The notes under the pieces were generated by a model. That model was not told the DNA's origin, ran no database searches, and worked only from the letters and a program-made list of their open reading frames with translations. A stretch of DNA of 64,000 nucleotides. Origin: Amphiscolops sp. MND2022 (Eukaryota). Position numbers and translations under genes: made by a program. Positions 41,301 to 54,240 of this stretch are shown here, piece by piece (position 1 is the stretch's first letter; each line of letters starts with the position of its first letter). The stretch lies in assembly GCA_964187785.1 (NCBI GenBank), contig OZ076411.1, forward strand, positions 17,856,001-17,920,000. The letters run 5' to 3'.

Positions 41301-44300
41301 TCCGAGCCCGTTTCTTAGGTTAGGTTTCTTTTGCTTGGTTTTTATCTGCTTAGGTTACCGGGATTAAATTTCTTAGGCTTATGTTTCTCAAGCTCAAGTT
41401 TCTCTGGATTATCTTTCTTACGATTAGGTTTCTTAGGATTAGGTTTTCTAACCTTAGTTGTCTCAGGCTCAGGTTTTTAGGCTTAGGTTTTTAGGCTTAG
41501 GTGTCTTAGGCTTAAGTTTTCTTAATCAGGTCATTGGTTTAGGTTTCATAGGCCAACTATAACATATTAAATTTTGTTTTTAATATTACAGGATCAGCAG
41601 CTCTTCATCTTCGACCCCAACTACAGCGGGAGAAAGAAATAAACATTTTCAAGATAATCTTCAAGAATGTGAACAGTTAATCATCTCTAGTTCAAGATTG
41701 TTCAAGAATAATTCAAGATTCAGCTTTCAACCTTTCTCACAAGAGTGTGTCAAAAGAAGGATTCCACAGGAGTGAGCCAGAAAGTACGAAATCAAGATTC
41801 AGCAGCCACCTTTTTTGAAACAATTTCTGGTCCACGTTTTCTCATTAGATGAAAACATTGCATGTGTTATTAATATACACAACTACTTTCTCATCAAGAA
41901 AAGCCTAAAATGACCATTTAGTGTGATTGCACCTCGAAACCTGACGAACCATAATCCTTGATAATTATAATGAGCATGTATCCATTGGAACAGACTTCGA
42001 AAGTTTTCATTTTCAAACATCTAAATTCAAGCTTAACAAAAAATGGCCAAGTATGTGATCATTGGCGACAGCCATTTGAAGCGTGTAAATCACAGTCAAA
42101 TACAAGGCAACGCAAAAATTATTGCCCGTGAAGGGTTGCAAGCTCATCGTATAACTGAGCAATATTTATCCGAATTCAAAGAATATGATGTCTGCTTCCT
42201 CATCGTCGGTGGGAACGACGTGAGCTTTCATCCGACTTATAACCCTCTCCATAAAACGGCCAGACAAACAGCCGATCGATTAATCAGTTGTCAATTTTTA
42301 TTGAAATTCGTTTCCGAGCCCGTTTCTTAGTTAAGGTTTCTTTTGCTTGGTTTTTATCTGCTTAGGTTACCAGGATTAAATTTCTTAGGCTTATGTTTCT
42401 CAAGCTCAAGTTTCTCTGGATTATCTTTCTTACGATTAGGTTTCTTAGGATTAGGTTTTCTAACCTTAGTTGTCTCAGGCTCAGGTTTTTAGGCTTAGGT
42501 TTTTTAGGCTTAGGTGTCTTAGGCTTAAGTTTTCTTAATCAGGTCATTGGTTTAGGTTTCATAGGCCAACTATAACATATTAAATTTTGTTTTTAATATT
42601 ACAGGATCAGCAGCTCTTCATCTTCGACCCCAACTACAGCAGGAGAAAGAAATAAACATTTTCAAGATAATCTTCAAGAATGTGAACAGTTAATCATCTC
42701 TAGTTCAAGATTGTTCAAGAATAATTCAAGATTCAGCTTTCAACCTTTCTCACAAGAGTGTGTCAAAAGAAGAATTCCACAAGAGTGAGCCAGAAAGTAC
42801 GAAATCAAAATTCAGCAGCCACCTTTTTTGAAACATTTTCTGATCCACGTTTTCTCATTAGATGAAAACATTGCATGTGTTATTAATATACACAACTACT
42901 TTCTCATCAAGAAAAGCTTTAAAATGACCAATTAAAGTGATTGCACCTCAAAACCTGACAAACCATAATCCTTGATAATTATAATGAGCATGTATCCATT
43001 GGAACAGACTTCAAAAGTTTTCATTTTCAAACATCTAAAATCAAGCTTAACAAAAAATGGCCAAGTATGTGATCTATGGCGACAGCCATTTGAAGCGTGT
43101 AAATCACAGTCAAATACAAGGCAACGCAAAAATTATTGCCCGTGGAGGGTTGCAAGCTCATCGTATAACTGAGCAATATTTATCCGAATTCAAAGAATAT
43201 GATGTCTGCTTCCTCATCGTCGGTGGGAACGACGTGAGCTTTCATCCGACTTATAACCCTCTCCATAAAACGGCCAGACAAACAGCCGATCGATTAATCA
43301 GTTGTCATTTTTTATTGAAATTCGTTTCCGAGCCCGTTTCTTAGGTTAGGTTTCTTTTGCTTGGTTTTTATCTGCTTAGGTTACCAGGATTAAATTTCTT
43401 AGGTTTAAATTTCTTAGGCTTATGTTTCTCAAGCTCAAGTTTCTCTGGATTATCTTTCTTACGATTAGGTTTCTTAGGATTAGGTTTCCTAACCTTAGTT
43501 GTCTCAGGCTCAGGTTTTTAGGCTTAGGTGTCTTAGGCTTAAGTTTTCTTAATAAGGTCATTGGTTTAGGTTTCATAGGCCAACTATAACATATTAAATT
43601 TTGTTTTTAATATTACAGGATCAGCAGCTCTTCATCTTCGACCCCAACTACAGCAGGAGAAAGAAATAAACATTTTCAAGATAATCTTCAAGAATGTGAA
43701 CAGTTAATCATCTCTAGTTCAAGATTGTTCAAGAATAATTCAAGATTCAGCTTTCAACCTTTCTCACAAGAGTGTGTCAAAAGAAGGATTCCACAAAAGT
43801 GAGCCAGAAAGTACGAAATCAAGATTCAGCAACCACCTTTTTTGAAACAACTTCTGATCCACGTTTTCTCATTAGATGAAAACATTGCATGTGTTATTAA
43901 TATACACAACTATTTTCTCATCAAGAAAAGCTTAAAATGACCATTTAAAGTGATTGCACCTCGAAACCTGACGAACCATAAACCTTGATAATTATAATGA
44001 GCATGTATCCATTGGAACAGACTTCAAAAGTTTTCATTTTCAAACATCTAAAATCAAGCTTAACAAAAAATGGCCAAGTATGTGATCATTGGCGACAGCC
44101 ATTTGAAGCGTGTAAATCACAGTCAAATACAAGGCAACGCAAAAATTATTGCCCGTGGAGGGTTGCAAGCTCATCGTATAACTGAGCAATATTTATCCGA
44201 ATTCAAAGAATATGATGTCTGCTTCCTCATCGTCGGTGGGAACGACGTGAGCTTTCATCCGACTTATAACCCTCTCCATAAAACGGCCAGACAACCGATC

Positions 44301-47300
44301 GATTATTCAGTTGTCAATTTTTATTGAAATTCGTTTCCGAGCCCGTTTCTTAGGTTAGGTTTCTTTTGCTTGGTTTTTATCTGCTTAGGTTACCGGGATT
44401 AAATTTCTTAGGTTTATATTTCTTAGGCTTATGTTTCTCAAGCTCAAGTTTCTCTGGATTATCTTTCTTACGATTAGGTTTCTTAGGATTAGGTTTTCTA
44501 ACCTTAGTTGTCTCAGGCTCAGGTTTTTAGGCTTAGGTTTTTTAGGCTTAGGTGTCTTTGGCTTAAGTTTTCTTAATCAGGTCATTGGTTTAGGTTTCAT
44601 AGGCCAACTATAACATATTAAATTTTGTTTTTCATATTACAGGATCAGCAGCTCTTCATCTTCGACCCCAACTACAGCAGGAGAAAGAAATAAACATTTT
44701 CAAGATAATCTACAAGAATGTGAACAGTTAATCATCTCTAGTTCAAGATTGTTCAAGAATAATTCAAGATTCAGCTTTCAACCTTTCTCACAAGAGTGTG
44801 TCAAAAGAAGGATTCCACAAGAGTGAGCCAGAAAGAACGAAATCAAGATTCAGCAGCCACCTTTTTTGAAACATTTTCTGATCCACGTTTTCTCATTAGA
44901 TGAAAACATTGCATGTGTTATTAATATACACAACTACTTTCTCATCAAGAAAAGCTTTAAAATGACCAATTAAAGAGATTGCACCTCAAAACCTGACGAA
45001 CCATAATCCTTGATAATTATAATGAGCATGTATCAATTGGAACAGACTTCAAAAGTTTTCATTTTCAAACATCTAAAATCAAGCTTAACAAAAAATGGCC
45101 AAGTATGTGATCATTGGCGACAGCCATTTGAAGCGTGTAAATCACAGTCGAATACAACGCAACGCAAAAATTATTGCCCGTGGAGGGTTGCAAGCTCATC
45201 GTATAACTGAGCAATATTTATCCGAATCCAAAGAATATGATGTCTGCTTCCTCATCGTCGGTGGGAACGACGTGAGCTTTCATCCGACTTATAAACCTCT
45301 CATTAAAACGGCCAGACAAACAGCCGATCGATTAATCAGTTGTCAATTTTTATTGAAATTCGTTTCCGAGCCCGTTTCTTAGGTTAGGTTTCTTTTGCTT
45401 GGTTTTTATCTGCTTAGGTTACCGGGATTAAATTTCTTAGGTTTATATTTCTTGGGCTTATGTTTCTCAAGCTCAAGTTTCTCTGGATTATCTTTCTTAC
45501 GATTAGGTTTCTTAGGATTAGGTTTTCTAACCTTAGTTGTCTCAGGCTCAGGTTTTTAGGCTTAGGTTTTTTAGGCTTAGGTGTCTTTGGCTTAAGTTTT
45601 CTTAATCAGGTCATTGGTTTAGGTTTCATAGGCCAACTATAACATATTAAATTTTGTTTTTCATATTACAGGATCAGCAGCTCTTCATCTTCGACCCCAA
45701 CTACAGCAGGAGAAAGAAATAAACATTTTCAAGATAATCTACAAGAATGTGAACAGTTAATCATCTCTAGTTCAAGATTGTTCAAGAATAATTCAAGATT
45801 CAGCTTTCAACCTTTCTCACAAGAGTGTGTCAAAAGAAGGATTCCACAAGAGTGAGCCAGAAAGAACGAAATCAAGATTCAGCAGCCACCTTTTTTGAAA
45901 CATTTTCTGATCCACGTTTTCTCATTAGATGAAAACATTGCATGTGTTATTAATATACACAACTACTTTCTCATCAAGAAAAGCTTTAAAATGACCAATT
46001 AAAGAGATTGCACCTCAAAACCTGACGAACCATAATCCTTGATAATTATAATGAGCATGTATCAATTGGAACAGACTTCAAAAGTTTTCATTTTCAAACA
46101 TCTGAAATCAAGCTTAACAAAAAATGGCCAAGTATGTGATCATTGGCGACAGCCATTTGAAGCGTGTAAATCACAGTCGAATACAACGCAACGCAAAAAT
46201 TATTGCCCGTGGAGGGTTGCAAGCTCATCGTATAACTGAGCAATATTTATCCGAATCCAAAGAATATGATGTCTGCTTCCTCATCGTCGGTGGGAACGAC
46301 GTGAGCTTTCATCCGACTTATAAACCTCTCATTAAAACGGCCAGACAAACAGCCGATCGATTAATCAGTTGTCAATTTTTATTGAAATTCGTTTCCGAGC
46401 CCGTTTCTTAGGTTAGGTTTCTTTTGCTTGGTTTTTATCTGCTTAGGTTACCGGGATTAAATTTCTTAGGTTTATATTTCTTGGGCTTATGTTTCTCAAG
46501 CTCAAGTTTCTCTGGATTATCTTTCTTACGATTAGGTTTCTTAGGATTAGGTTTTCTAACCTTAGTTGTCTCAGGCTCAGGTTTTTAGGCTTAGGTTTTT
46601 TAGGCTTAGGTGTCTTTGGCTTAAGTTTTCTTAATCAGGTCATTGGTTTAGGTTTCATAGGCCAACTATAACATATTAAATTTTGTTTTTCATATTACAG
46701 GATCAGCAGCTCTTCATCTTCGACCCCAACTACAGCAGGAGAAAGAAATAAACATTTTCAAGATAATCTACAAGAATGTGAACAGTTAATCATCTCTAGT
46801 TCAAGATTGTTCAAGAATAATTCAAGATTCAGCTTTCAACCTTTCTCACAAGAGTGTGTCAAAAGAAGGATTCCACAAGAGTGAGCCAGAAAGAACGAAA
46901 TCAAGATTCAGCAGCCACCTTTTTTGAAACATTTTCTGATCCACGTTTTCTCATTAGATGAAAACATTGCATGTGTTATTAATATACACAACTACTTTCT
47001 CATCAAGAAAAGCTTTAAAATGACCAATTAAAGAGATTGCACCTCAAAACCTGACGAACCATAATCCTTGATAATTATAATGAGCATGTATCAATTGGAA
47101 CAGACTTCAAAAGTTTTCATTTTCAAACATCTAAAATCAAGCTTAACAAAAAATGGCCAAGTATGTGATCATTGGCGACAGCCATTTGAAGCGTGTAAAT
47201 CACAGTCGAATACAAGGCAACGCAAAAATTATTGCCCGTGGAGGGTTGCAAGCTCATCGTATAACTGAGCAATATTTATCCGAATCCAAAGAATATGATG

Positions 47301-50300
47301 TCTGCTTCCTCATCGTCGGTGGGAACGACGTGAGCTTTCATCCGACTTATAAACCTCTCATTAAAACGGCCAGACAAACAGCCGATCGATTAATCAGTTG
47401 TCAATTTTCATTGAAATTCGTTTCCGAGCCCGTTTCTTAGGTTAGGTTTCTTTTGCTTGGTTTTTATCTGCTTAGGTTACCGGGATTAAATTCCTTAGGT
47501 TTATATTTCTTAGGCTTATGTTTCTCAAGCTCAAGATTCTCTGGATTATCTTTCTTACGATTAGGTTTCTTAGGATTAGTTTTTCTAACCTTTGTTGTCT
47601 CAGGCTCAGGTTTTTAGGCTTAGGTTTTTTAGGCTTAGGTGTCTTAGGCTTAATTAGGTCATTGGTTTAGGTTTCATAGGCCAACTATAACATATTAAAT
47701 TTTGTTTTTAATATTACAGGATCAGCAGCTCTTCATCTTCGACCCCAACTACAGCAGGAGAAAGAAATAAACATTTTCAAGATAATCTTCAAGAATGTGA
47801 ACAGTTAATCATCTCTAGTTCAAGATTGTTCAAGAATAATAAAAGATTCAGCTTTCAACCTTTCTCACAAGAGTGTGTCAAAAGAAGGATTCCACAAGAG
47901 TGAGCCAGAAAGAACGAAATCAATATTCAGCAGCCACCTTTTTTGAAACATTTTCTGATCCACGTTTTCTCCTTAGATGAAAATATTGCATGTGTTATCA
48001 ATATACACAACTACTTTCTCATCAAGAAAAGCATAAAATGACCATTTAAAGTGATTGCACCTCGAAACCTGACGAACCATAATCCTTGATAATAATAATG
48101 AGCATGTATCCATTGGAACAGACTTCAAAAGTTTTCATTTTCAAACATCTAAAATCAAGCTTAACAAAAAATGGCCAAGTATGTGATCATTGGCGACAGC
48201 CATTTGAAGCGTGTAAATCACAGTCAAATACAAGGCAACGCAAAAATTATTGCCCGTGGAGGGTTGCAAGCTCATCGTATAACTGAGCAATATTTATCCG
48301 AATTCAAAGAATATGATGTCTGCTTCCTCATCGTCGGTGGGAACGACGTGAGCTTTCATCCGACTTATAACCCTCTCCATAAAACGGCCAGACAAACAGC
48401 CGATCGATTAATCAGTTGTCAATTTTTATTGAAATTCGTTTCCGAGCCCGTTTTTTAGGTTAGGTTTCTTTTGCTTGGTTTTTATCTGCTTAGGTTACCG
48501 GGATTAAATTTCTTGGGTTTATATTTCTTAGGCTTATGTTTCTCAAGCTCAAGTTTCTCTGGATTATCTTTCTTACGATTAGGTTTCTTAGGATTAGGTT
48601 TTCTAACCTTTGTTGTCTCAGGCTCAGGTTTTTAGGCTTAGGTGTCTTAGGCTTAAGTTTTCTTAATTAGGTCATTGGTTTAGGTTTCATAGGCCAACTA
48701 TAACATATTAAATTTTGTTTTTAATATTACAGGATCAGCAGCTCATCTTCGACCCCAACTACAGCAGGAGAAAGAAATAAACATTTTCAAGATAATCTTC
48801 AAGAATGTGAACAGTTAATCATCTCTAGTTCAAGATTGTTCAACAATAATTTAAGATTCAGCTTTCAACCTTTCTCACAAGAGTGTGTCAAAAGAAGGAT
48901 TCCACAAGAGTGAGCCAGAAAGAACGAAATCAAGAATCAGCAGCCACCTTTTTTGAAACATTTTCTGATCCACGTTTTCTCATTAGATGAAAACATTGCA
49001 TGTGTTATTAATATACACAACTACTTTCTCATCAAGAAAAGCTTAAAATGACCATTTAAAGTGATTGCACCTCGAAACCTGACGAACCATAATCCTTGAT
49101 AATTATAATGAGCATGTATCCATTGGAACAGACTTCAAAAGTTTTCATTTTCAAACATCTAAAATCAAGCTTAACAAAAAATGGCCAAGTATGTGATCAA
49201 TGGCGACAGTCATTTGAAGCGTGTAAATCACAGTCAAATACAAGGCAACGCAAAAATTATTGCCCGTGGAGGGTGGCAAGCTCATCGTATAACAGCAATA
49301 TTTATCCGAATTCAAAGAATATGATGTCTGCTTCCTCATCGTCGGTGGGAACGACGTGAGCTTTCATCCGACTTATAACCCTCTCCATAAAACGGCCAGA
49401 CAAACAGCCGATCGATTAATCAGTTGTCAATTTTTATTGAAATTCGTTTCCGAGCCCGTTTCTTAGGTTAGGTTTCTTTTGCTTGGTTTTTATCTGCTTA
49501 GGTTACCGGGATTAAATTTCTTGGGTTTATATTTCTTAGGCTTATGTTTCTCAAGCTCAAGTTTCTCTGGATTATCTTTCTTACGATTAGGTTTCTTAGG
49601 ATTAGGTTTTCTAACCTTTGTTGTCTCAGGCTCAGGTTTTTAGGCGTAGGTGTCTTAGGCTTAAGTTTTCTTAATTAGATCATTGGTTTAGGTTTCATAG
49701 GCCAACTATAACATATTAAATTTTGTTTTTAATATTACAGGATCAGCAGCTCTTCATCTTCGACCCCAACTACAGCAGGAGAAAGAAATAAACATTTTCA
49801 AGATAATCTTCAAGAATGTGAACAGTTAATCATCTCTAGTTCAAGATTGTTCAACAATAATTTAAGATTCAGCTTTCAACCTTTCTCACAAGAGTGTGTC
49901 AAAAGAAGGATTCCACAAGAGTGAGCCAGAAAGAACGAAATCAATATTCAGCAGCCACCTTTTTTGAAACATTTTCTGATCCACGTTTTCTCCTTAGATG
50001 AAAATATTGCATGTGTTATCAATATACACAACTACTTTCTCATCAAGAAAAGCATAAAATGACCATTTAAAGTGATTGCACCTCGAAACCTGACGAACCA
50101 TAATCCTTGATAATAATAATGAGCATGTATCCATTGGAACAGACTTCAAAAGTTTTCATTTTCAAACATCTAAAATCAAGCTTAACAAAAAATGGCCAAG
50201 TATGTGATCATTGGCGACAGCCATTTGAAGCGTGTAAATCACAGTCAAATACAAGGCAACGCAAAAATTATTGCCCGTGGAGGGTTGCAAGCTCATCGTA

Positions 50301-53230
50301 TAACTGAGCAATATTTATCCGAATTCAAAGAATATGATGTCTGCTTCCTCATCGTCGGTGGGAACGACGTGAGCTTTCATCCGACTTATAACCCTCTCCA
50401 TAAAACGGCCAGACAAACAGCCGATCGATTAATCAGTTGTCAATTTTTATTGAAATTCGTTTCCGAGCCCGTTTCTTAGGTTAGGTTTCTTTTGCTTGGT
50501 TTTTATCTGCTTAGGTTACCGGGATTAAATTTCTTGGGTTTATATTTCTTAGGCTTATGTTTCTCAAGCTCAAGTTTCTCTGGATTATCTTTCTTACGAT
50601 TAGGTTTCTTAGGATTAGGTTTTCTAACCTTTGTTGTCTCAGGCTCAGGTTTTTAGGCGTAGGTGTCTTAGGCTTAAGTTTTCTTAATTAGATCATTGGT
50701 TTAGGTTTCATAGGCCAACTATAACATATTAAATTTTGTTTTTAATATTACAGGATCAGCAGCTCTTCATCTTCGACCCCAACTACAGCAGGAGAAAGAA
50801 ATAAACATTTTCAAGATAATCTTCAAGAATGTGAACAGTTAATCATCTCTAGTTCAAGATTGTTCAACAATAATTTAAGATTCAGCTTTCAACCTTTCTC
50901 ACAAGAGTGTGTCAAAAGAAGGATTCCACAAGAGTGAGCCAGAAAGAACGAAATCAATATTCAGCAGCCACCTTTTTTGAAACATTTTCTGATCCACGTT
51001 TTCTCCTTAGATGAAAATATTGCATGTGTTATCAATATACACAACTACTTTCTCATCAAGAAAAGCATAAAATGACCATTTAAAGTGATTGCACCTCGAA
51101 ACCTGACGAACCATAATCCTTGATAATAATAATGAGCATGTATCCATTGGAACAGACTTCAAAAGTTTTCATTTTCAAACATCTAAAATCAAGCTTAACA
51201 AAAAATGGCCAAGTATGTGATCATTGGCGACAGCCATTTGAAGCGTGTAAATCACAGTCAAATACAAGGCAACGCAAAAATTATTGCCCGTGGAGGGTTG
51301 CAAGCTCATCGTATAACTGAGCAATATTTATCCGAATTCAAAGAATATGATGTCTGCTTCCTCATCGTCGGTGGGAACGACGTGAGCTTTCATCCGACTT
51401 ATAACCCTCTCCATAAAACGGCCAGACAAACAGCCGATCGATTAATCAGTTGTCAATTTTTATTGAAATTCGTTTCCGAGCCCGTTTTTTAGGTTAGGTT
51501 TCTTTTGCTTGGTTTTTATCTGCTTAGGTTACCGGGATTAAATTTCTTGGGTTTATATTTCTTAGGCTTATGTTTCTCAAGCTCAAGTTTCTCTGGATTA
51601 TCTTTCTTACGATTAGGTTTCTTAGGATTAGGTTTTCTAACCTTTGTTGTCTCAGGCTCAGGTTTTTAGGCTTAGGTGTCTTAGGCTTAAGTTTTCTTAA
51701 TTAGGTCATTGGTTTAGGTTTCATAGGCCAACTATAACATATTAAATTTTGTTTTTAATATTACAGGATCAGCAGCTCATCTTCGACCCCAACTACAGCA
51801 GGAGAAAGAAATAAACATTTTCAAGATAATCTTCAAGAATGTGAACAGTTAATCATCTCTAGTTCAAGATTGTTCAACAATAATTTAAGATTCAGCTTTC
51901 AACCTTTCTCACAAGAGTGTGTCAAAAGAAGGATTCCACAAGAGTGAGCCAGAAAGAACGAAATCAAGAATCAGCAGCCACCTTTTTTGAAACATTTTCT
52001 GATCCACGTTTTCTCATTAGATGAAAACATTGCATGTGTTATTAATATACACAACTACTTTCTCATCAAGAAAAGCTTAAAATGACCATTTAAAGTGATT
52101 GCACCTCGAAACCTGACGAACCATAATCCTTGATAATTATAATGAGCATGTATCCATTGGAACAGACTTCAAAAGTTTTCATTTTCAAACATCTAAAATC
52201 AAGCTTAACAAAAAATGGCCAAGTATGTGATCAATGGCGACAGTCATTTGAAGCGTGTAAATCACAGTCAAATACAAGGCAACGCAAAAATTATTGCCCG
52301 TGGAGGGTGGCAAGCTCATCGTATAACTGAGCAATATTTATCCGAATTCAAAGAATATGATGTCTGCTTCCTCATCGTCGGTGGGAACGACGTGAGCTTT
52401 CATCCGACTTATAACCCTCTCCATAAAACGGCCAGACAAACAGCCGATCGATTAATCAGTTGTCAATTTTTATTGAAATTCGTTTCCGAGCCCGTTTCTT
52501 AGGTTAGGTTTCTTTTGCTTGGTTTTTATCTGCTTAGGTTACCGGGATTAAATTTCTTGGGTTTATATTTCTTAGGCTTATGTTTCTCAAGCTCAAGTTT
52601 CTCTGGATTATCTTTCTTACGATTAGGTTTCTTAGGATTAGGTTTTCTAACCTTTGTTGTCTCAGGCTCAGGTTTTTAGGCGTAGGTGTCTTAGGCTTAA
52701 GTTTTCTTAATTAGATCATTGGTTTAGGTTTCATAGGCCAACTATAACATATTAAATTTTGTTTTTAATATTACAGGATCAGCAGCTCTTCATCTTCGAC
52801 CCCAACTACAGCAGGAGAAAGAAATAAACATTTTCAAGATAATCTTCAAGAATGTGAACAGTTAATCATCTCTAGTTCAAGATTGTTCAAGAATAATTTA
52901 AGATTCAGCTTTCAACCTTTCTCACGAGAGTGTGTCAAAAGAAGGATTCCACAAGAGTGAGCCAGAAAGAACGAAATCAAGATTCAGCAGCCACCTTTTT
53001 TGAAACATTTTCTGATCCACGTTTTCTCATTAGATGAAAAAACATTGCATGTGTTATTAATATACACAACTACTTTCTCATCAAGAAAAGCTTCAAAATG
53101 ACCAATTAAAGTGATTGCACCTCAAAACCTGACGAACCATAATCCTTGATAATTATAATGAGCATGTATCCATTGGAACAGACTTCAAAAGTTTTCATTT
53201 TCAAACATCTAAAATCAAGCTTAACAAAAA

Positions 53231-53886
53231 ATGGCCAAGTATGTGATCATTGGCGACAGCCATTTGAAGCGTGTAAATCACAGTCAAATACAAGGCAACG
53301 CAAAAATTATTGCCCGTGGAGGGTTGCAAGCTCATCGTATAACTGAGCAATATTTATCCGAATTCAAAGAATATGATGTCTGCTTCCTCATCGTCGGTGG
53401 GAACGACGTGAGCTTTCATCCGACTTATAACCCTCTCCATAAAACGGCCAGACAAACAGCCGATCGATTAATCAGTTGTCAATTTTTATTGAAATTCGTT
53501 TCGGAGCCCAACGTTTTTCAAAAGACTTGCACTTACGTGAATTCCATCTACAACGAACTTTTCTATGCGATATCATTTTTCTGGTTCAAGGCAAAACCTT
53601 TTGAAATAATTGTAATTTGACAACTTTTTTCGAGGTTTACAACGATATTGTGAAAATAACATGGGCGTCACTTGCTATGTATTTGGTGTACACCCCAGAT
53701 ACGACAGTCCGAATATTCCAACTCTCAGGAATTTTCTCTAAGACTCCCTCGGGCCGAACTGTCGGACTATATAAGTCAATCAAATTTTGTCATGTGGACA
53801 GAAAGGACCGAGTGCATCTGAGACCGAACGCATATTTCCTAGTTACTCAAGTGATAAACGAAGCCATTCGAGACATTGAAAACTAA
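53231..53886 (+). pseudogene. Full-length SGNH hydrolase-like gene, split by a frameshift near 53605-53620
   Basis: The last unit reads through into unique sequence (ORF 53231-53620). The overlapping ORF 53617-53886 carries HVDRKDRVHLRPNAYFLVTQVINEAI, which matches SGNH block V (D-x-x-H followed by an amphipathic helix). Confidence 0.72.
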
Positions 53887-54240
53887 TGTAATCACTCACT
53901 AAATTATGAATGTATTTACGTGATGAATAGTACCTTCCAGTTCAAGATAGAAACATTCGGTGTTTTTCAACGTATTTTTTGAAACTGAAAATTCAAATAT
54001 GTTTCGATAATACAATTCAAGATCAAATTTACTGTACCCCCTAATAACTTTCTGGCTATCCAAGAAAAAACAACATTATAAGTAAAATTTTCACTTTAGA
54101 GGAACTAATCACGTGCTGTATAACAGTGTCAAACATTTCAGTTTCTTGTATCGATAACATTCCAAAAACTGCGGGTTTTTACACTAATTTCATGCTTTTG
54201 AACAAATAACAATTTTACATACTCATTTGAAATTTTTTGA

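Larger units (their letters stand above)
1291..53509 (+). repeat. Tandem array (complex satellite) of 51 head-to-tail units of ~1.01-1.03 kb, modal period 1028 bp
   Basis: The SGNH-like ORF recurs at ~2031, 3061, 4091, 5092, 6120, 7148, 8176, 9189, 10217 ... 50192, 51205, 52215 and 53231 (51 positions, including copies too disrupted to appear in the ORF track). Units look nearly identical by eye. First unit 1291-2297, last unit 52494-53509. Confidence 0.98.

Noticed and set aside
6485-46671. Recurrent hydrophobic 60-aa ORF (MFLKLKFLW...FLGLGFLGLG) resembling a membrane peptide
   Set aside because: It is the direct translation of the TTAGG minisatellite (LGLGF/LRLRF); a low-complexity artefact.
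1934-53346. Recurrent 66-aa ORF (MIIIMSMYPLEQ...) in most units
   Set aside because: It starts at TTG, overlaps the SGNH frame out of phase, has no recognisable motif, and recurs only because the unit repeats.
1291-53509. CRISPR-like or functional multigene-family interpretation of the array
   Set aside because: There are no unique spacers; whole 1-kb units repeat. The ORF lacks the catalytic His block, and copies accumulate stops, frameshifts and GDS/GGND substitutions (DDS at 12273; GGNY at 38971 and 41031), which fits neutral satellite evolution.
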